From a virus (lineage: Duplodnaviria; Caudoviricetes): a DNA stretch of 64,000 nucleotides. Where the stretch lies: IMG/VR virus record IMGVR_UViG_3300009370_000001, one strand, 5' to 3'. The first letter of the stretch is position 1, and each line of letters opens with the position of its first letter. A model generated the notes under the pieces. That model had not been told where the DNA came from and did not search any database. It was given only the letters and a program-made list of their open reading frames with translations. Shown piece after piece: positions 10,066 through 21,800 of this stretch. Both the position numbers and the translations under genes were made by a program.

Positions 10066-11033
10066 AGAAAACAGCCTTTATAACAGGCGTCACGGGTCAA
10101 GATGGCTCATACCTTGCCGAGCTATTATTAGACAAGGGTTACCGAGTAGTTGGACTTAAGAGAAGAACCTCTTTGATTTGTACTGAACGAATTAATCAGG
10201 TTTTTGATAATCCTAATTTTCATTTGGAATATTATAGTCTTCACGATCCTGGGGTACTTTATCGCTTGGTTGACAAATATGAGCCCGACGAAATTTATAA
10301 CCTTGCCGCCCAATCACACGTTCATGTATCTTTTGATGTGCCCGAAGAAACAGTGGACACCATTGCAATGGGCACCTTGCGAATTTTGGAGACAATTCGA
10401 AATGCATGCCCCCACGTTCGCTTGTATCAGGCTTCTTCATCTGAAATGTTTGGAGATAACCCCGAACACCCGCAGAGTGAATCGACGCGACTGATGCCGG
10501 CTTCTCCTTATGCGTGTGCTAAAGTTTTTGCACACCACCTTATAAGAAACTATCGAGAATCATATGGGATTCATGCTTCTAGCGGGATTTTGTTTAATCA
10601 TGAATCACCTCGACGTGGCGAAACATTCGTAACACGGAAGATTACTTTGGCTGCAGCCCGTATTCGAGCTTGTCGCCAACAGAAACTGTATCTCGGGAAT
10701 CTAGATGCTAAGCGCGACTGGGGCTTTGCAGGTGATTATGTAGAGGCTATGTGGCTGATGCTCCAGCAAGACAAGCCCGATGATTATGTTATTGCCACTG
10801 GCGAAACTCATACTGTTAGGGAGTTTTTAGAGGTTGTATTTGAGCAAGCCGGCTTAGACGTAAACCAATACGTCGAAATCGATCCTCGCCTATTACGCCC
10901 TCACGAAGTGCCACTATTGTTGGGAGATTCTTCCAAGGCTCGTAGAGTACTGAAGTGGGAACCAAAGGTAGATTTTGTAGGATTGGCCAAAATGATGTTT
11001 GAGCATGATTTTGAAAAAGTAGCTTATTTATGA
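10062..11033 (+). CDS. gmd: GDP-mannose 4,6-dehydratase
   Basis: AFITGVTGQDGSYLAE, YNLAAQSHV, YQASSSEMFG, SPYACAK, FNHESPRRGETFVTRK and LGNLDAKRDWG; ATG 10062 overlaps the fcl stop. Confidence 0.97.
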   Translation: MKKTAFITGVTGQDGSYLAELLLDKGYRVVGLKRRTSLICTERINQVFDNPNFHLEYYSLHDPGVLYRLVDKYEPDEIYNLAAQSHVHVSFDVPEETVDTIAMGTLRILETIRNACPHVRLYQASSSEMFGDNPEHPQSESTRLMPASPYACAKVFAHHLIRNYRESYGIHASSGILFNHESPRRGETFVTRKITLAAARIRACRQQKLYLGNLDAKRDWGFAGDYVEAMWLMLQQDKPDDYVIATGETHTVREFLEVVFEQAGLDVNQYVEIDPRLLRPHEVPLLLGDSSKARRVLKWEPKVDFVGLAKMMFEHDFEKVAYL

Positions 11034-11881
11034 TCCTCGTAACTGGACATAAAGGGTATATTGGTAATAAATTATTTGACAAACTTAACACATTAGGTTA
11101 TGATGTATGTGGAATTGATTTACACGCTGGAAACCCAGCAGAAAACGGAGACATCAGAAGAGACCTATTCTCTTACGGCACATCTTGGTATAATCCCCCT
11201 CCCGATGTAATATTCCACTTGGCTGCACAACCCAGCGTACAATGGTGCGTTGACAACCCTTCTGAAGCCCTCTCTCACAACGTGTTAGGCACTTCTAGGG
11301 TGTTGGAATTTGCCAAGCAGGTCAACTGTCGGCGAGTAATTTTTGCTAGCTCAGCGGCCATTTATGGGAACAATGGTTCACCCGATAGTCCTTATGGAAT
11401 GCACAAACTTATGTCCGAATATGAATGTAAACTTTATTCAGAATTATACGATATAGACACTGTCGCCCTGCGCTATTATAATGTTTATTCTGCAGATCAA
11501 CCATATGGCGGATCTTATTCTACTGTAATATCTGCTTGGATGGAGATGATTCGCAATAATCGTCCATTGAGAATTGACGGTGACGGTTCGCAAACAAGAG
11601 ACTTTGTTCACGTTGACGATATTGTTGATGCTAATATATTTTGTATGAATTATGAAAAGAAGTTTTGTGGTCGCCACTATGATGTGGGGACAGGTCACGA
11701 AACGTCTCTAAACGATTTAAAAGAAAAGATAGACACACTATTAAGTGTGCGCTGGGAACACAAACCAGCCAGAATTGGAGATATAGCCAATTCAATTGCC
11801 GATACTGGACCTTTAGAAGAATTAGGATGGACATCCAAAATTAATATAACTGAAGGGTTACAGGATTGTTTTAAGCCATAA
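11030..11881 (+). CDS. NAD-dependent epimerase/dehydratase (UDP-glucose 4-epimerase-like)
   Basis: LVTGHKGYIG, HLAAQ, FASSAAIYG, YGMHK, LRYYNVY and GDGSQTRDFVHV. Confidence 0.9.
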   Translation: MILVTGHKGYIGNKLFDKLNTLGYDVCGIDLHAGNPAENGDIRRDLFSYGTSWYNPPPDVIFHLAAQPSVQWCVDNPSEALSHNVLGTSRVLEFAKQVNCRRVIFASSAAIYGNNGSPDSPYGMHKLMSEYECKLYSELYDIDTVALRYYNVYSADQPYGGSYSTVISAWMEMIRNNRPLRIDGDGSQTRDFVHVDDIVDANIFCMNYEKKFCGRHYDVGTGHETSLNDLKEKIDTLLSVRWEHKPARIGDIANSIADTGPLEELGWTSKINITEGLQDCFKP

Positions 11882-11893
11882 AGGAGAAATAAA

Positions 11894-12103
11894 ATGGAAG
11901 AAATGCAATTATCAAATCAGGCCCTCGGAGCCATTATGCTGGCTCTTCAAGAGTCTTTAATGAATCAAACGGATATTGTTCCGATTCTTAAGGGATTTAA
12001 GCTAAAAGAAGGCACTGATGGACTCACAGTAATGAATCCTCCCACTGTTCGCTTAGACGATACAAATGTTACAGAAGAAGAGCTAGAAACTCTAGTTAAG
12101 TAA
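11894..12103 (+). CDS. Hypothetical protein (69 aa)
   Basis: AAGGAG Shine-Dalgarno upstream; coupled to the next gene by TAATG. Confidence 0.7.
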   Translation: MEEMQLSNQALGAIMLALQESLMNQTDIVPILKGFKLKEGTDGLTVMNPPTVRLDDTNVTEEELETLVK

Positions 12104-12369
12104 TGCCCCGATATCGATATAAATGTCATGCCTGTAACGTGGAGCAGATAATATTTCACAGAATTGCTGAAATGATCACCACTTGTCCTCTTTGTAAAAT
12201 AGAGGATAAAATTCAAAAGCTACTCACTACTCCTAACATTAAAACATCTACTGCGGATGTGCCTAATGTAGAAGTGGGTGCTGTTACTAAAGAACATATC
12301 GAAGCCAACCGCGAGATTTTAAAACAACAAATACAAGAAGCAAAAGAGGAAAAATATGAGCCGTCTTGA
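12103..12369 (+). CDS. FmdB-like zinc-ribbon protein
   Basis: MPRYRYKCHAC...TCPLC matches the MPxYxYxCxxC...CPxC pattern. Confidence 0.75.
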   Translation: MPRYRYKCHACNVEQIIFHRIAEMITTCPLCKIEDKIQKLLTTPNIKTSTADVPNVEVGAVTKEHIEANREILKQQIQEAKEEKYEPS

Positions 12370-12706
12370 AATAATTTTGTCAGCCACGCTGATTTTATCA
12401 ATTTTTATAAATATAGGTTTGATTGCATATGCCCGGGCAGTTGTGATTCGAATTTTATCTGTCTCCGAAGAATTAAATGATTTGCAAACAATGATTGGAT
12501 CTTTTACGACCCATCTGCAAACAGTGTATGAACTTGATTCTTTTTATGGAGACGAGACACTAAGAGGGTTATTAGAGCACGCCATTTCTCTCAATGAACA
12601 AATGGATACTTTTGATTACATTATCTCGTTAACAGAAGCAGATACCCCATCAACAGAAGAAGGATTAGATGACGACACCACCCAAGAAGAAGAGAGCCCG
12701 ACGTAA
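12356..12706 (+). CDS. Membrane-anchored hypothetical protein
   Basis: N-terminal hydrophobic helix followed by a helical, acidic region. Confidence 0.65.
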   Translation: MSRLEIILSATLILSIFINIGLIAYARAVVIRILSVSEELNDLQTMIGSFTTHLQTVYELDSFYGDETLRGLLEHAISLNEQMDTFDYIISLTEADTPSTEEGLDDDTTQEEESPT

Positions 12707-13370
12707 AAATCATTATTTTACCTCGGATCATGAGGAGGCAATAATTCGATATGCAAAATCTACTTGCCAACGCGAGCGCACAGAATTATATGTACAATAT
12801 ATTCAGCCGGCCTTTAATGAAATGGTTGACAAGATTGTTTTTACATATAAATTTACTAACTTGCCAAATTGTGATTCATTGCGAGATGAGTGCAAAATTT
12901 GGTTAATGACCATTTTAGATAAATACGACCCGAGCAAAGGCTCTAAAGCCTTCTCGTATTTTTCCGTAATTACTAAAAATTGGTTTATTCACAAAGTTAA
13001 ACGCCAACAAAAACGCAACAAACGTGAAGTGGATTACGATAATATTTCAAAAGCATATGAAGAAGAATTTCTTTCAACAAATGACTCTTATATCACCGAG
13101 CGTGAAGAAAATGAATTTTGGCAATCCTTCTATAAAGAATTGCAATCGTGGGACGCGTCCCAGATGAAAGAAAACGATTTAAAAGTTTATCAAGCGATTA
13201 ATATCCTTTTTGAATCAAAAGAAGAGATTGATATTTTTAACAAGAAAGCTATTTATTTATACTTACGAGAGATCACCGGGCTGAACACCAAGCAGATTGT
13301 GAATTCTCTTAAAAAGTTTAGAAAAAAATACTATAACTTTAAAGACGACTGGGAAAACGGAGCCTTATGA
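12669..13370 (+). CDS. Phage sigma-factor-like protein (T4 gp55-like late sigma)
   Basis: Region-2-like RDECKIWLMTILDKYDPSKGSKAFSYFSVITKNWF resembles gp55 FDPxKSxNxFAYFT; helical C-terminus. Confidence 0.7.
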   Translation: MTTPPKKKRARRKNHYFTSDHEEAIIRYAKSTCQRERTELYVQYIQPAFNEMVDKIVFTYKFTNLPNCDSLRDECKIWLMTILDKYDPSKGSKAFSYFSVITKNWFIHKVKRQQKRNKREVDYDNISKAYEEEFLSTNDSYITEREENEFWQSFYKELQSWDASQMKENDLKVYQAINILFESKEEIDIFNKKAIYLYLREITGLNTKQIVNSLKKFRKKYYNFKDDWENGAL

Positions 13371-13669
13371 AAAATCAAGATTTAGATACTTTGATAAACG
13401 AAGCGTTAGGTAACATTCGAGATGATCGAAAATCGGCCAAAGAATTTTTAAATGAGATTGCTACTCAGATTGCCAAGGATCCCGAACAAAACAAGTATCT
13501 AAGTCCAGTTGCCGCAAAACACGTTGAAACAATGCAGCGCTCCAATGAACAGCTTGTGAAGATTATTGGGTTGAGACAGAAAACTCATACACAGCTAGAT
13601 ATTCTCTCCGACAAAGACAAAGACAGTATTTTTGATATGTTGCAGGGAGATATCGAAGATGCCGTTTAA
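13367..13669 (+). CDS. Hypothetical protein (100 aa, helical)
   Basis: Intact ORF with ATGA coupling to the sigma gene; no recognisable motif. Confidence 0.7.
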   Translation: MKNQDLDTLINEALGNIRDDRKSAKEFLNEIATQIAKDPEQNKYLSPVAAKHVETMQRSNEQLVKIIGLRQKTHTQLDILSDKDKDSIFDMLQGDIEDAV

Positions 13670-14834
13670 TAGCACAAATGCTTCCTTTGCTCACGAAGCT
13701 CTGGCGGCTTCGCAACAAGCTGTACGACAAGCCGTTGCCACGAGTACTGACCCGCAAACTTTAACTATGACTGGCGTTGTGATTTCGCAACCTCTTCCTT
13801 TGAGCAATGAGGATGTGAGAAATTTTGTAGGGGATCTTCCCGCAGGAGCAGCTGCAGCCACTCCAAGTAATAACATTATAGGAAGGTTCTTTTTTAAAGT
13901 ACGCTTGTTGTCAACGGGAGCTTTCTCCCCTCACGAATATTTGACCAATCCGTGCGAGATGACAACAGCCACTGATACTACTTTCGATTGTATCGCGGAT
14001 TTGATTGCCTTACATACTACGGCTATTTCTGTAGGCGGCTATAATGGAACTAGGCCAAAAGTTGGCGATCATGTAGAAATAGAATTACACAAACTTACCA
14101 AAGGACGAAGTTTTTGGTACAATATTCAAACAGCAACCTTTAAATCTATTCTCGATGGTTCTGTGCAAAGTAGTCCCGCTGCACGCGAGCTTTCTACTGA
14201 ATGCGCAAATTTAGCTACAATGTTCGAACACCAAGATATGTCCTTACTAGGTAGCGGCACCGGCACGGGAACAACCATGGATCCGAATACTGGTGTAACT
14301 ACTACACACACACCCGATACAGGTGTTTATCTTCCAACCAATACAGCAATTACAAATGGCGGACTCCCCGATCACAACTTGATCGGAATTGCTACTGCTG
14401 GACACAGAACACAGCCGCGTCTATTGAAAGAAATTGTAGAAGACTGGAATGAGTTAGCTAGAGCTTTTAATGCCCACTTCGAATCTGAAGGATGGAAGTT
14501 GGGAGCCTGGGGAGATCGTACTTTTGATAGACAGGTAGAGCTTAAGCAGAAAGAGTTGAACGGTACCGGCAACCCCGCCGCCCGCCCGGGCTCATCTGAT
14601 CATGGCTGGGGAGTTGCGGTAGATATGCATTATTATGACGCGAACGGAAATAGACACTCCAAAGACCAGGGCATGAACTGGGATGGAAGAGCATTCTTGT
14701 GGTTGAAGGAAAATGCTGGCACCTATATGTGGATGCACCCTTCTTGGGCATGGCAAAATGGCAGCAAGCCAGAACAATGGCACTGGGAATCTACTAAGAA
14801 AGATCGATTAATTCGCAGAAATACTGTCTCTTGA
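13659..14834 (+). CDS. Baseplate-associated protein: putative OB-fold N-terminus plus C-terminal M15 (VanY-like) zinc peptidase
   Basis: C-terminal RTFDRQ, SSDHGWGVAVD (SxHxxGxAxD) and EQWHWE (ExWH). N-terminal RPKVGDHVEI resembles the gp5 OB-fold motif PxVGxxV. Confidence 0.7.
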   Translation: MPFNSTNASFAHEALAASQQAVRQAVATSTDPQTLTMTGVVISQPLPLSNEDVRNFVGDLPAGAAAATPSNNIIGRFFFKVRLLSTGAFSPHEYLTNPCEMTTATDTTFDCIADLIALHTTAISVGGYNGTRPKVGDHVEIELHKLTKGRSFWYNIQTATFKSILDGSVQSSPAARELSTECANLATMFEHQDMSLLGSGTGTGTTMDPNTGVTTTHTPDTGVYLPTNTAITNGGLPDHNLIGIATAGHRTQPRLLKEIVEDWNELARAFNAHFESEGWKLGAWGDRTFDRQVELKQKELNGTGNPAARPGSSDHGWGVAVDMHYYDANGNRHSKDQGMNWDGRAFLWLKENAGTYMWMHPSWAWQNGSKPEQWHWESTKKDRLIRRNTVS

Positions 14835-14851
14835 AACACAAAAAGTAAATT

Positions 14852-15838
14852 ATGAGCAACACAACACCATTATGGTCTATTTCCGGGTTTACCGCCTCGG
14901 TTCAGAATTATGTTCAATCTTTGGCCTCCAGGCTTGAAGAAGGTCAAACGCTACAGTCGGTACCTGCAAATAGCGGTGTCCTACACACCGAAGTCCAAGA
15001 ACCAACGGTTAATTTTAATCCTGCACCAAGTCAATTTGAAATTAATCACAAAAATGCTTACATTGTTTTAGGCTCAGATCGTCCTGCAGGATTAGCTAGC
15101 GGCTATGGTGCCCTGGGCGCTCAAGGTGCCAATACTATTGATTTAGTAGTAGGAAGAATGGCCGCGGCCGAAAATGTTGCAGACGGCACCATTGTGGATT
15201 CTAATTTTGGTGCAGATGCCGCACGTATTTATATTAGTCAAAAGACCGACGTGGACACAAATTTTGGATTAGCTGATGGGAACATTGGTTCTATCAAAGG
15301 GCATTCAGCTATTGGAATTAAAGCTGATGGTGTGCGTATTATAGCGAAGGAAGGGGTAAAAATTGTAACCGGGAAATCGGATGCCTTTCGAGGATTTGGT
15401 TCGGGTGGAGAGCCCAATTCTTTAGGGGGTACCGTTGAAACTGCACCGCCGATTGAATTAATTGCCGGCAACAATACAGGAGTAAATGAAGTACCGGGCG
15501 TTCCATTTGTGGGAATGGGAGAGACTATCAATTTCTTGCAGGGGATTGCGAGAGGAGAAAACACACGAGACGCTCTTCGAGAATTATCCGATCTATTAGA
15601 AGAAGTGATTGGCGCACTGATGAATTTAACTTTGATCCAGGCGCAATTCAATTCAATTTTAGGTGTTACTCCTATTTATTGGCATGCTGCAGCGGCTCCT
15701 CAAACAGCAATACAGTTTATGTCGAAAGTTCAAATGGCATTATGGCAAACACGGATCAACAAGACCATTTGGGAAATCAACCATTTACAGCCGTATGGAT
15801 ACAAGTATATTTGCAGTAAGAATGTGTTTGCCACATAA
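14852..15838 (+). CDS. Putative baseplate spike/hub (gp5 C-terminal-like) protein
   Basis: Gly-rich short beta-strand pattern (IGIKADGVRIIAKEGVKIVTG); lies upstream of gp25/gp6; identity is inferred. Confidence 0.4.
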   Translation: MSNTTPLWSISGFTASVQNYVQSLASRLEEGQTLQSVPANSGVLHTEVQEPTVNFNPAPSQFEINHKNAYIVLGSDRPAGLASGYGALGAQGANTIDLVVGRMAAAENVADGTIVDSNFGADAARIYISQKTDVDTNFGLADGNIGSIKGHSAIGIKADGVRIIAKEGVKIVTGKSDAFRGFGSGGEPNSLGGTVETAPPIELIAGNNTGVNEVPGVPFVGMGETINFLQGIARGENTRDALRELSDLLEEVIGALMNLTLIQAQFNSILGVTPIYWHAAAAPQTAIQFMSKVQMALWQTRINKTIWEINHLQPYGYKYICSKNVFAT

Positions 15839-15852
15839 GTATTAGAGATAGA

Positions 15853-18800
15853 ATGGCACAATCAGAATTTTTAAAACTACAAGATAAAAATGGCGATCAG
15901 CTTATAGATGAGTGTGGTGATCAGCCAATAGTGCCGGAAGAGCCCCCATGTCCGGATTGTAAAAAAGATCCATACGCGACAACACCAAATTGGAAAACCC
16001 GTAGTGACGATGAACCGTGGCTTAATAAAAAACTTTGTGCTTATCAGGTCACCATTACTACAAGCTATACCACCGCAGCTGCTAGTTCGTCGGATTCCGA
16101 TTCTGCTGCGAATGTATATATTAATAAAAGATTTAAAGAGTATGCTGATACGGCAATAGAATCGTTAATTGTTAACTTTAATAAAAAATTAGATGCAGAT
16201 TCTAAGAAGACAGTAAAAGAGTCGCTGGAATACACACGATTTGATCTAAACGTTCGCGCCAAATCGCGCTTAATATTGCTTTATTCTGTGCCTTCTTACG
16301 TTATCGATGCGTTAGAAGAAGAGGATAATAGCGAAGATCCAGAAGATCCGGAAGAAGAATTCACCGGTGCAACCGTAACTTATGAACCGGCCGATTCCAT
16401 GAGCCTTAAAATGTTGCGCATCCGCAAAGCTCTTCATCTTTATAGGCGATACTATGCCGTTCATCGTTATCAAAAAGGTGGTACCATCGTTCTAGATGGA
16501 ACCAAGATATACAATATAGAAGATTATGGGGATAATGGTGCGTGGGGAGATTCTCTTACGTCGAAGATTTTGCCCGGTATTGATGCTTTTCTTAATTCTA
16601 AAGGTCTCGATATCCCTAAAAGTAGTTCTGGCACACGTGGCGGCGGCTTTTTTAAAAAGAAAATTTCTAAATTAAATATAAAATTTAATGCCGATTATAA
16701 AATAATAAGAATAGAGGCCTTTGTAGGTGATTGCAAAGAACCACAGATTTTTAAAGGTAAAAAATTAAAATCTTTAAATAAAAAAGGCTCTGTTTTCCTG
16801 GATAAAACCGCCATGGCCTACTTTGCTCAGATGGATGAGATGCACCGCGCCTTAGTGGCCCGCGAACCGATGCCGTGGATAGAATTTATACTTAAATTTA
16901 CGAAGCCGTTGCCGGAAGAAATGTTTAATTATAGGGCCGATGAGAATGAAGACGATCCCCGGGCCTTGACCTGTGTGGCAGATCGTCTTAAAGAAGACGC
17001 CAAACAAATAGGAATGGACATCTTGGATGAATCTTTTAGTATTGGAGATGCCATTGCCTACCAGTTTAATAAGAATGTTTGCAAAGAAGATCTTGACGAA
17101 GTAGCTGAAGAAGAGGAAGAACTAGGTCTGAGACCTGGATTCCGAGCCCGGAGAAAGCGGTTCACTAATGCAGTCAATACGGTTCAAGATCCTAATAATC
17201 CTGAGAATTCTCAAACCATGGCCGCCTTTGCTAAAGAACAGGCTTATAAAGAACTCCAGAAAGATCAGCTAAGTTTCGAGCTACTCTGCGCGCAGATGGC
17301 CGGCCTAGCCGAAAGTGGCACTATTTCTGTGCAAGATATGTTCGCTACGACTTTCGATAGAATGAAATTATGTGGATTCCAAGTACTCTTGCTAGACACT
17401 ATGAAATGTTTAATGAGTGGGATGACATTAGATAAAGCGTTGAGCGCCCTCGTTCAGTCAGCCTTGTCAGCAATGTCGCTAGAAAATTTTGGTATTTTAT
17501 TTATAGGGCTGCCTCCGGATAAGCAAGCTCGTTTAGAGGAACTGGTCAAAAGGAACCTAGCAAGTGGTAAAGCTTTTGAGGAGGCAGCAATACCCCGCCA
17601 TGGACTTGGAGATACGAGCCTCACCCCGGAAGAAGAGGAAGAAAAAGCTCGCAAAGAACGCGTAGCCGAAGCGATGGCCGACGAAAGAGCGGGCGCTAGT
17701 GGAGGTGGTGGTGGCACGCTCGGAACTGCTGCAGACATCAAAGCCCGCGAAAACAGCGCAATTAAGAATTTAGTGTTGAGACCATGGGAGAGCGCCCAAG
17801 CTGTTGCCCATGATCGGAAACAACGCCGGAACTCACCAGAAGATGATCAAGCCGAAAAAAGAACCTTAGCACAGCAGTTCGATTTGCAAAACGCAAAACA
17901 AGAATTGGATACTACGCGTGTAATGGAGGCATATATAGCCGCCCTTATAGAAGAGTACTCTGACGATTTGCTTTTTGTTATCGATATGTTGAACGAATTT
18001 CCCGGCGCTCCGCTCATTGCTGGTATTATTGGTTCTTTCGATTGCCCCACTTCCCCTGTTTTTGAACCAACCGCAATGGATTTTATTAAAAGTGTTGACT
18101 TGCCCTTCTGTAGAAGTCCTAAAGATATCCAAGTACCAGTTCTCAAAAATCCTTTTGGATGGTACCCAGCCAAAGCCGACTTTGCTGATGCTTTGTTTGA
18201 AGCGGTAAAAGTAGCACTCCAGAAAGCTCTTATCAAGATCATGATGGAAATTATGGTAAAGACATGTCAAATATTTGGAAGGGCCGCTTGCAAGGGCTTA
18301 GAAGTGGTGGGAGATTTGGCCATGGAAAAGGCTGCCGGTGGAAATACTGCATTTTCTGATCTTGTAAAAGATACAATTTGTGGCCCCGATGCCGATGACG
18401 AACAAGTAGCCGACACAATTCAAGATATAATGACATCTTTGGGCCCGGGCGCCGCTGCCCTTGCCAATACGGAAGAAGCCACTAATTTTACAGAAGACGT
18501 GGCCTCCTCGACTACTCAGAGTGAAATGACAAATGCACTTTTGGGCGATTGTAGTGAAAGCTTTCTAGCTATTGTCGATACGATTATTGAATTTGATTAT
18601 CCTCAATATCGAGAAGGTCTCCCTAACCGCGAAGCTATCTGTCGATTTTTTACGAATGTGGGCAATTTAGCACCTCCCAAAGTTAAACAGGATATGAAAG
18701 ATTTCGCTGATCAGCTTCCTGAAAACGAATTGGTGCCGGCTAATCCGAGCTTATGTATAACTGATGAGCAACAACAAGAATTTTGTGAGTTACGCCAAGA

Positions 18801-21800
18801 ATTATTAGAAGGGCGCGCCACACCCGAACAGATTCGTCGAATGTGTGAAGATGATCAAGAAGATGACGCATCTGATTTAGCAGAACTTGGCGCTGCAGCC
18901 CAAGGAGCCCCTCCCGCACTACCTTCCATAGTATCGCAACCTGGATGTGATGACGGGCTGATTCCGTTTGAATCAGAAGAGGCAGTAAGCGCTACAACTA
19001 AAACTATTGCTAATGGCTTAGAACAATTAAAAGTACAATATGTAAAGGATATGCTTGGTCATGGCGGGTTTGGCATCTTTAATAGTAGTGATGATTGGGG
19101 AATGATGAATTTACTCCTATCAGATACACGCGGAAACGCGCTTACAGTTCACAACACAAAAGCGAATAGGGGTATTGGACCTGTTATGGATTATATCACT
19201 AACGAAAAGTTTACTGCGGCTGACTTTTTTACTCTAGGCTTCAGCATGTTCGTAAAACCAATGCCGACAATTTATCAACACTCGGCATTGCCCACAAAGG
19301 TAGCATCTTGGATGCAAGATACATTGCCAGATGGTTGGGGTAATTTTGAGAGTACTAATGATTGGGGCCCCTCATCGGCAGAATATTATTCTTTTAATGA
19401 ACTGGGCTTCTGGGGATTTTTCGGTCAGGACGTGGATTTGACAGAATTGCGCACTGGATATAATACAGAATTGATTCCTCATTTTGGCTCTACCCTTTCC
19501 TTGGGTGGCGCCGAAGTTCCGCCGGCAGATAGCGTGGAAGTATTAAGATTAGGACGCAAAGCTACTCCCGATTTATCTCTTGCCTTTCAGGATAATGCGA
19601 AAGGAGAAACAAAACAAGATAATCCAAGCTGGGAATATGGCTTTGATATTGGACTCTATTTGAGTGACCTATATGAGCCTTCAACGCTTAAGTATTCAGC
19701 ACTAGAATTACAAGCTGGCCCTCGAACTCGAATATCCACCGGACCCACCATTGGCGCCGCCCCGGAAGCTTCATTACAACAATTTGATAAGATTGTGAAT
19801 GTTCCTAATAATAATTGTCGAGTGGTTATTTCGGATTGGGAGAATAAAAACCCTCCAGCAAACATACCCATTGCCGCGGCCCTGATGGGGCCCACTGCTT
19901 TGGCCGCGGCCGCGATAGCCACAGCCGCACAGAATATGCTTGACGATAAACCCACTATAGAAACAAAATATGAATTTTTTGCTGTTGATGATACTTTAGA
20001 TAATATAAAATTTTCGTCATATCCTAAGTTATTAGCAGCCTTCCAATATCAAAGTGACTACCCCCCACAGTTAATTTTGCTACAAGAACTCATTGAACAG
20101 GCTAACGATGGTACAGTTATCACTATTGAAACTTTAAAAGCGGACTATGATCAAGATAATGCGAATATCGCCGCCGAAGTTCGCGAGATGTTGGAATACA
20201 ACGAAGACGCTTTTAAATTTGGCGCCTCATTTGAAACTTTATCACAATCAGATTTTGATTATTTGGATCCGGACACTGGAGAAGAATATAATTTTGATAA
20301 TGATGAGAAAGTATTAGGAGTTAGCCGAAATCAATGGAACAATGAGCAAAATGGCACACCTGAAGATACTCGGGTTTTTTATCTCGATCCAAATCGAAAA
20401 GGATACAAAGGAACCTATAATAATCCTCCGCTCTATATTAAGCCGCTCAAAAACAAAGGCTGGATGGGTTTTATAGATGCTATTTTCCCTAATTTTTCAG
20501 AATGTAAAAACGCTAATACTGATTTTGTAGATTTTGGCTTAATTAAAGAGCGCGTCCAAGATACTTATGACAAGATTCCTGAAGATATGCGCATGAAGCA
20601 AAGCGCTGAATGTGCGATAGAGCTTCCGTATCATCGAATTCTGGAGCGCGCCGCTAAATCTGGTATTGAGGCACTTATATCAGCCACGCTACAGATTTTT
20701 ATTAGCACTCATTTTGTTAAATGCATGCCAATGTTCAGCTATTTAAAGCCCTCTTTCCCTCAAAATTATAGCAATCTTTATATTAGTTATATGGTGGAAG
20801 CTTTAGAAACAGCACTTAAAGACGCACAAGGCCCGTTTGCTGAGGCTTTTAATACTTTTAAAGATAATGAATTTTGGTATGCGTTTTTAGAGCAAAGCGT
20901 ACAGCTTTATGGTCGTCTAGTAGACGCTGGCACTATTGTTGATGTCCCTGCCAATATTCAAGGAGCCACAACACAATTAAATAATATGCAAAGCGTATAT
21001 GAATACCCCACCAAGGAAGATTTAGTGCAAGCAATTAAACTTGGAGATGAACCGTGGTATCAGATCTTTAATCTTCCGGGTTATCGATCTGAAAAAAACC
21101 TTGAAGCGGTTCAAGCCACAGAAGACGTAGCGAAATTAATCTTAGGGGAACTTTTTAAACGAGAAATTGAAGAATTATCCTCTAAATATGCCGATAATCT
21201 AGAGATGATTGGTTCGCCCGTAGTTTATGAAAAGCTTCCATATTGGTTTGTTTCTGAGGCGTGTTATACCGGTGGCGCTGGTCTTAATTTGAAAGGCAAG
21301 ATTATAGAAGACATTTCGGACACCGACTTAGAAACACGCACTGCTCCCTTCTATACTAACGGCGGCGAACTTTATGTAGATGCCCTAAAAGACCCTGAAT
21401 CTACCTTTAAAACAGGAGAAGATTATGTAGGCTATTATCATACACATACGGATGAAAACGGAGAAAAGGTTTTTATGATGGGCAAAGAACATCTCCTTAG
21501 CCCGCATGATATTTTGGCGCCCTATGTTAATAAAGTAAAAATGATAGATGGCGATGGCAACCGCATTGGCGATATTGCAGATTATGGATCCATCGTCTCC
21601 AGAGTCACTCTACCTTTTAAGATAGAGAAGTATATTAGTATCGACGGCCGAAAGCTACCACCTTCGGCTGCCGTTACCGAGATCAAGCAAAATGATGATA
21701 CAACAAACCTGTCTGAGCACTATCCCGGTACGCTAGAAATAATTTATCGCGATGACGAACAAAAGATTCCGGCAGGTTTAAAGGGTCACTTAGGAGTTCG

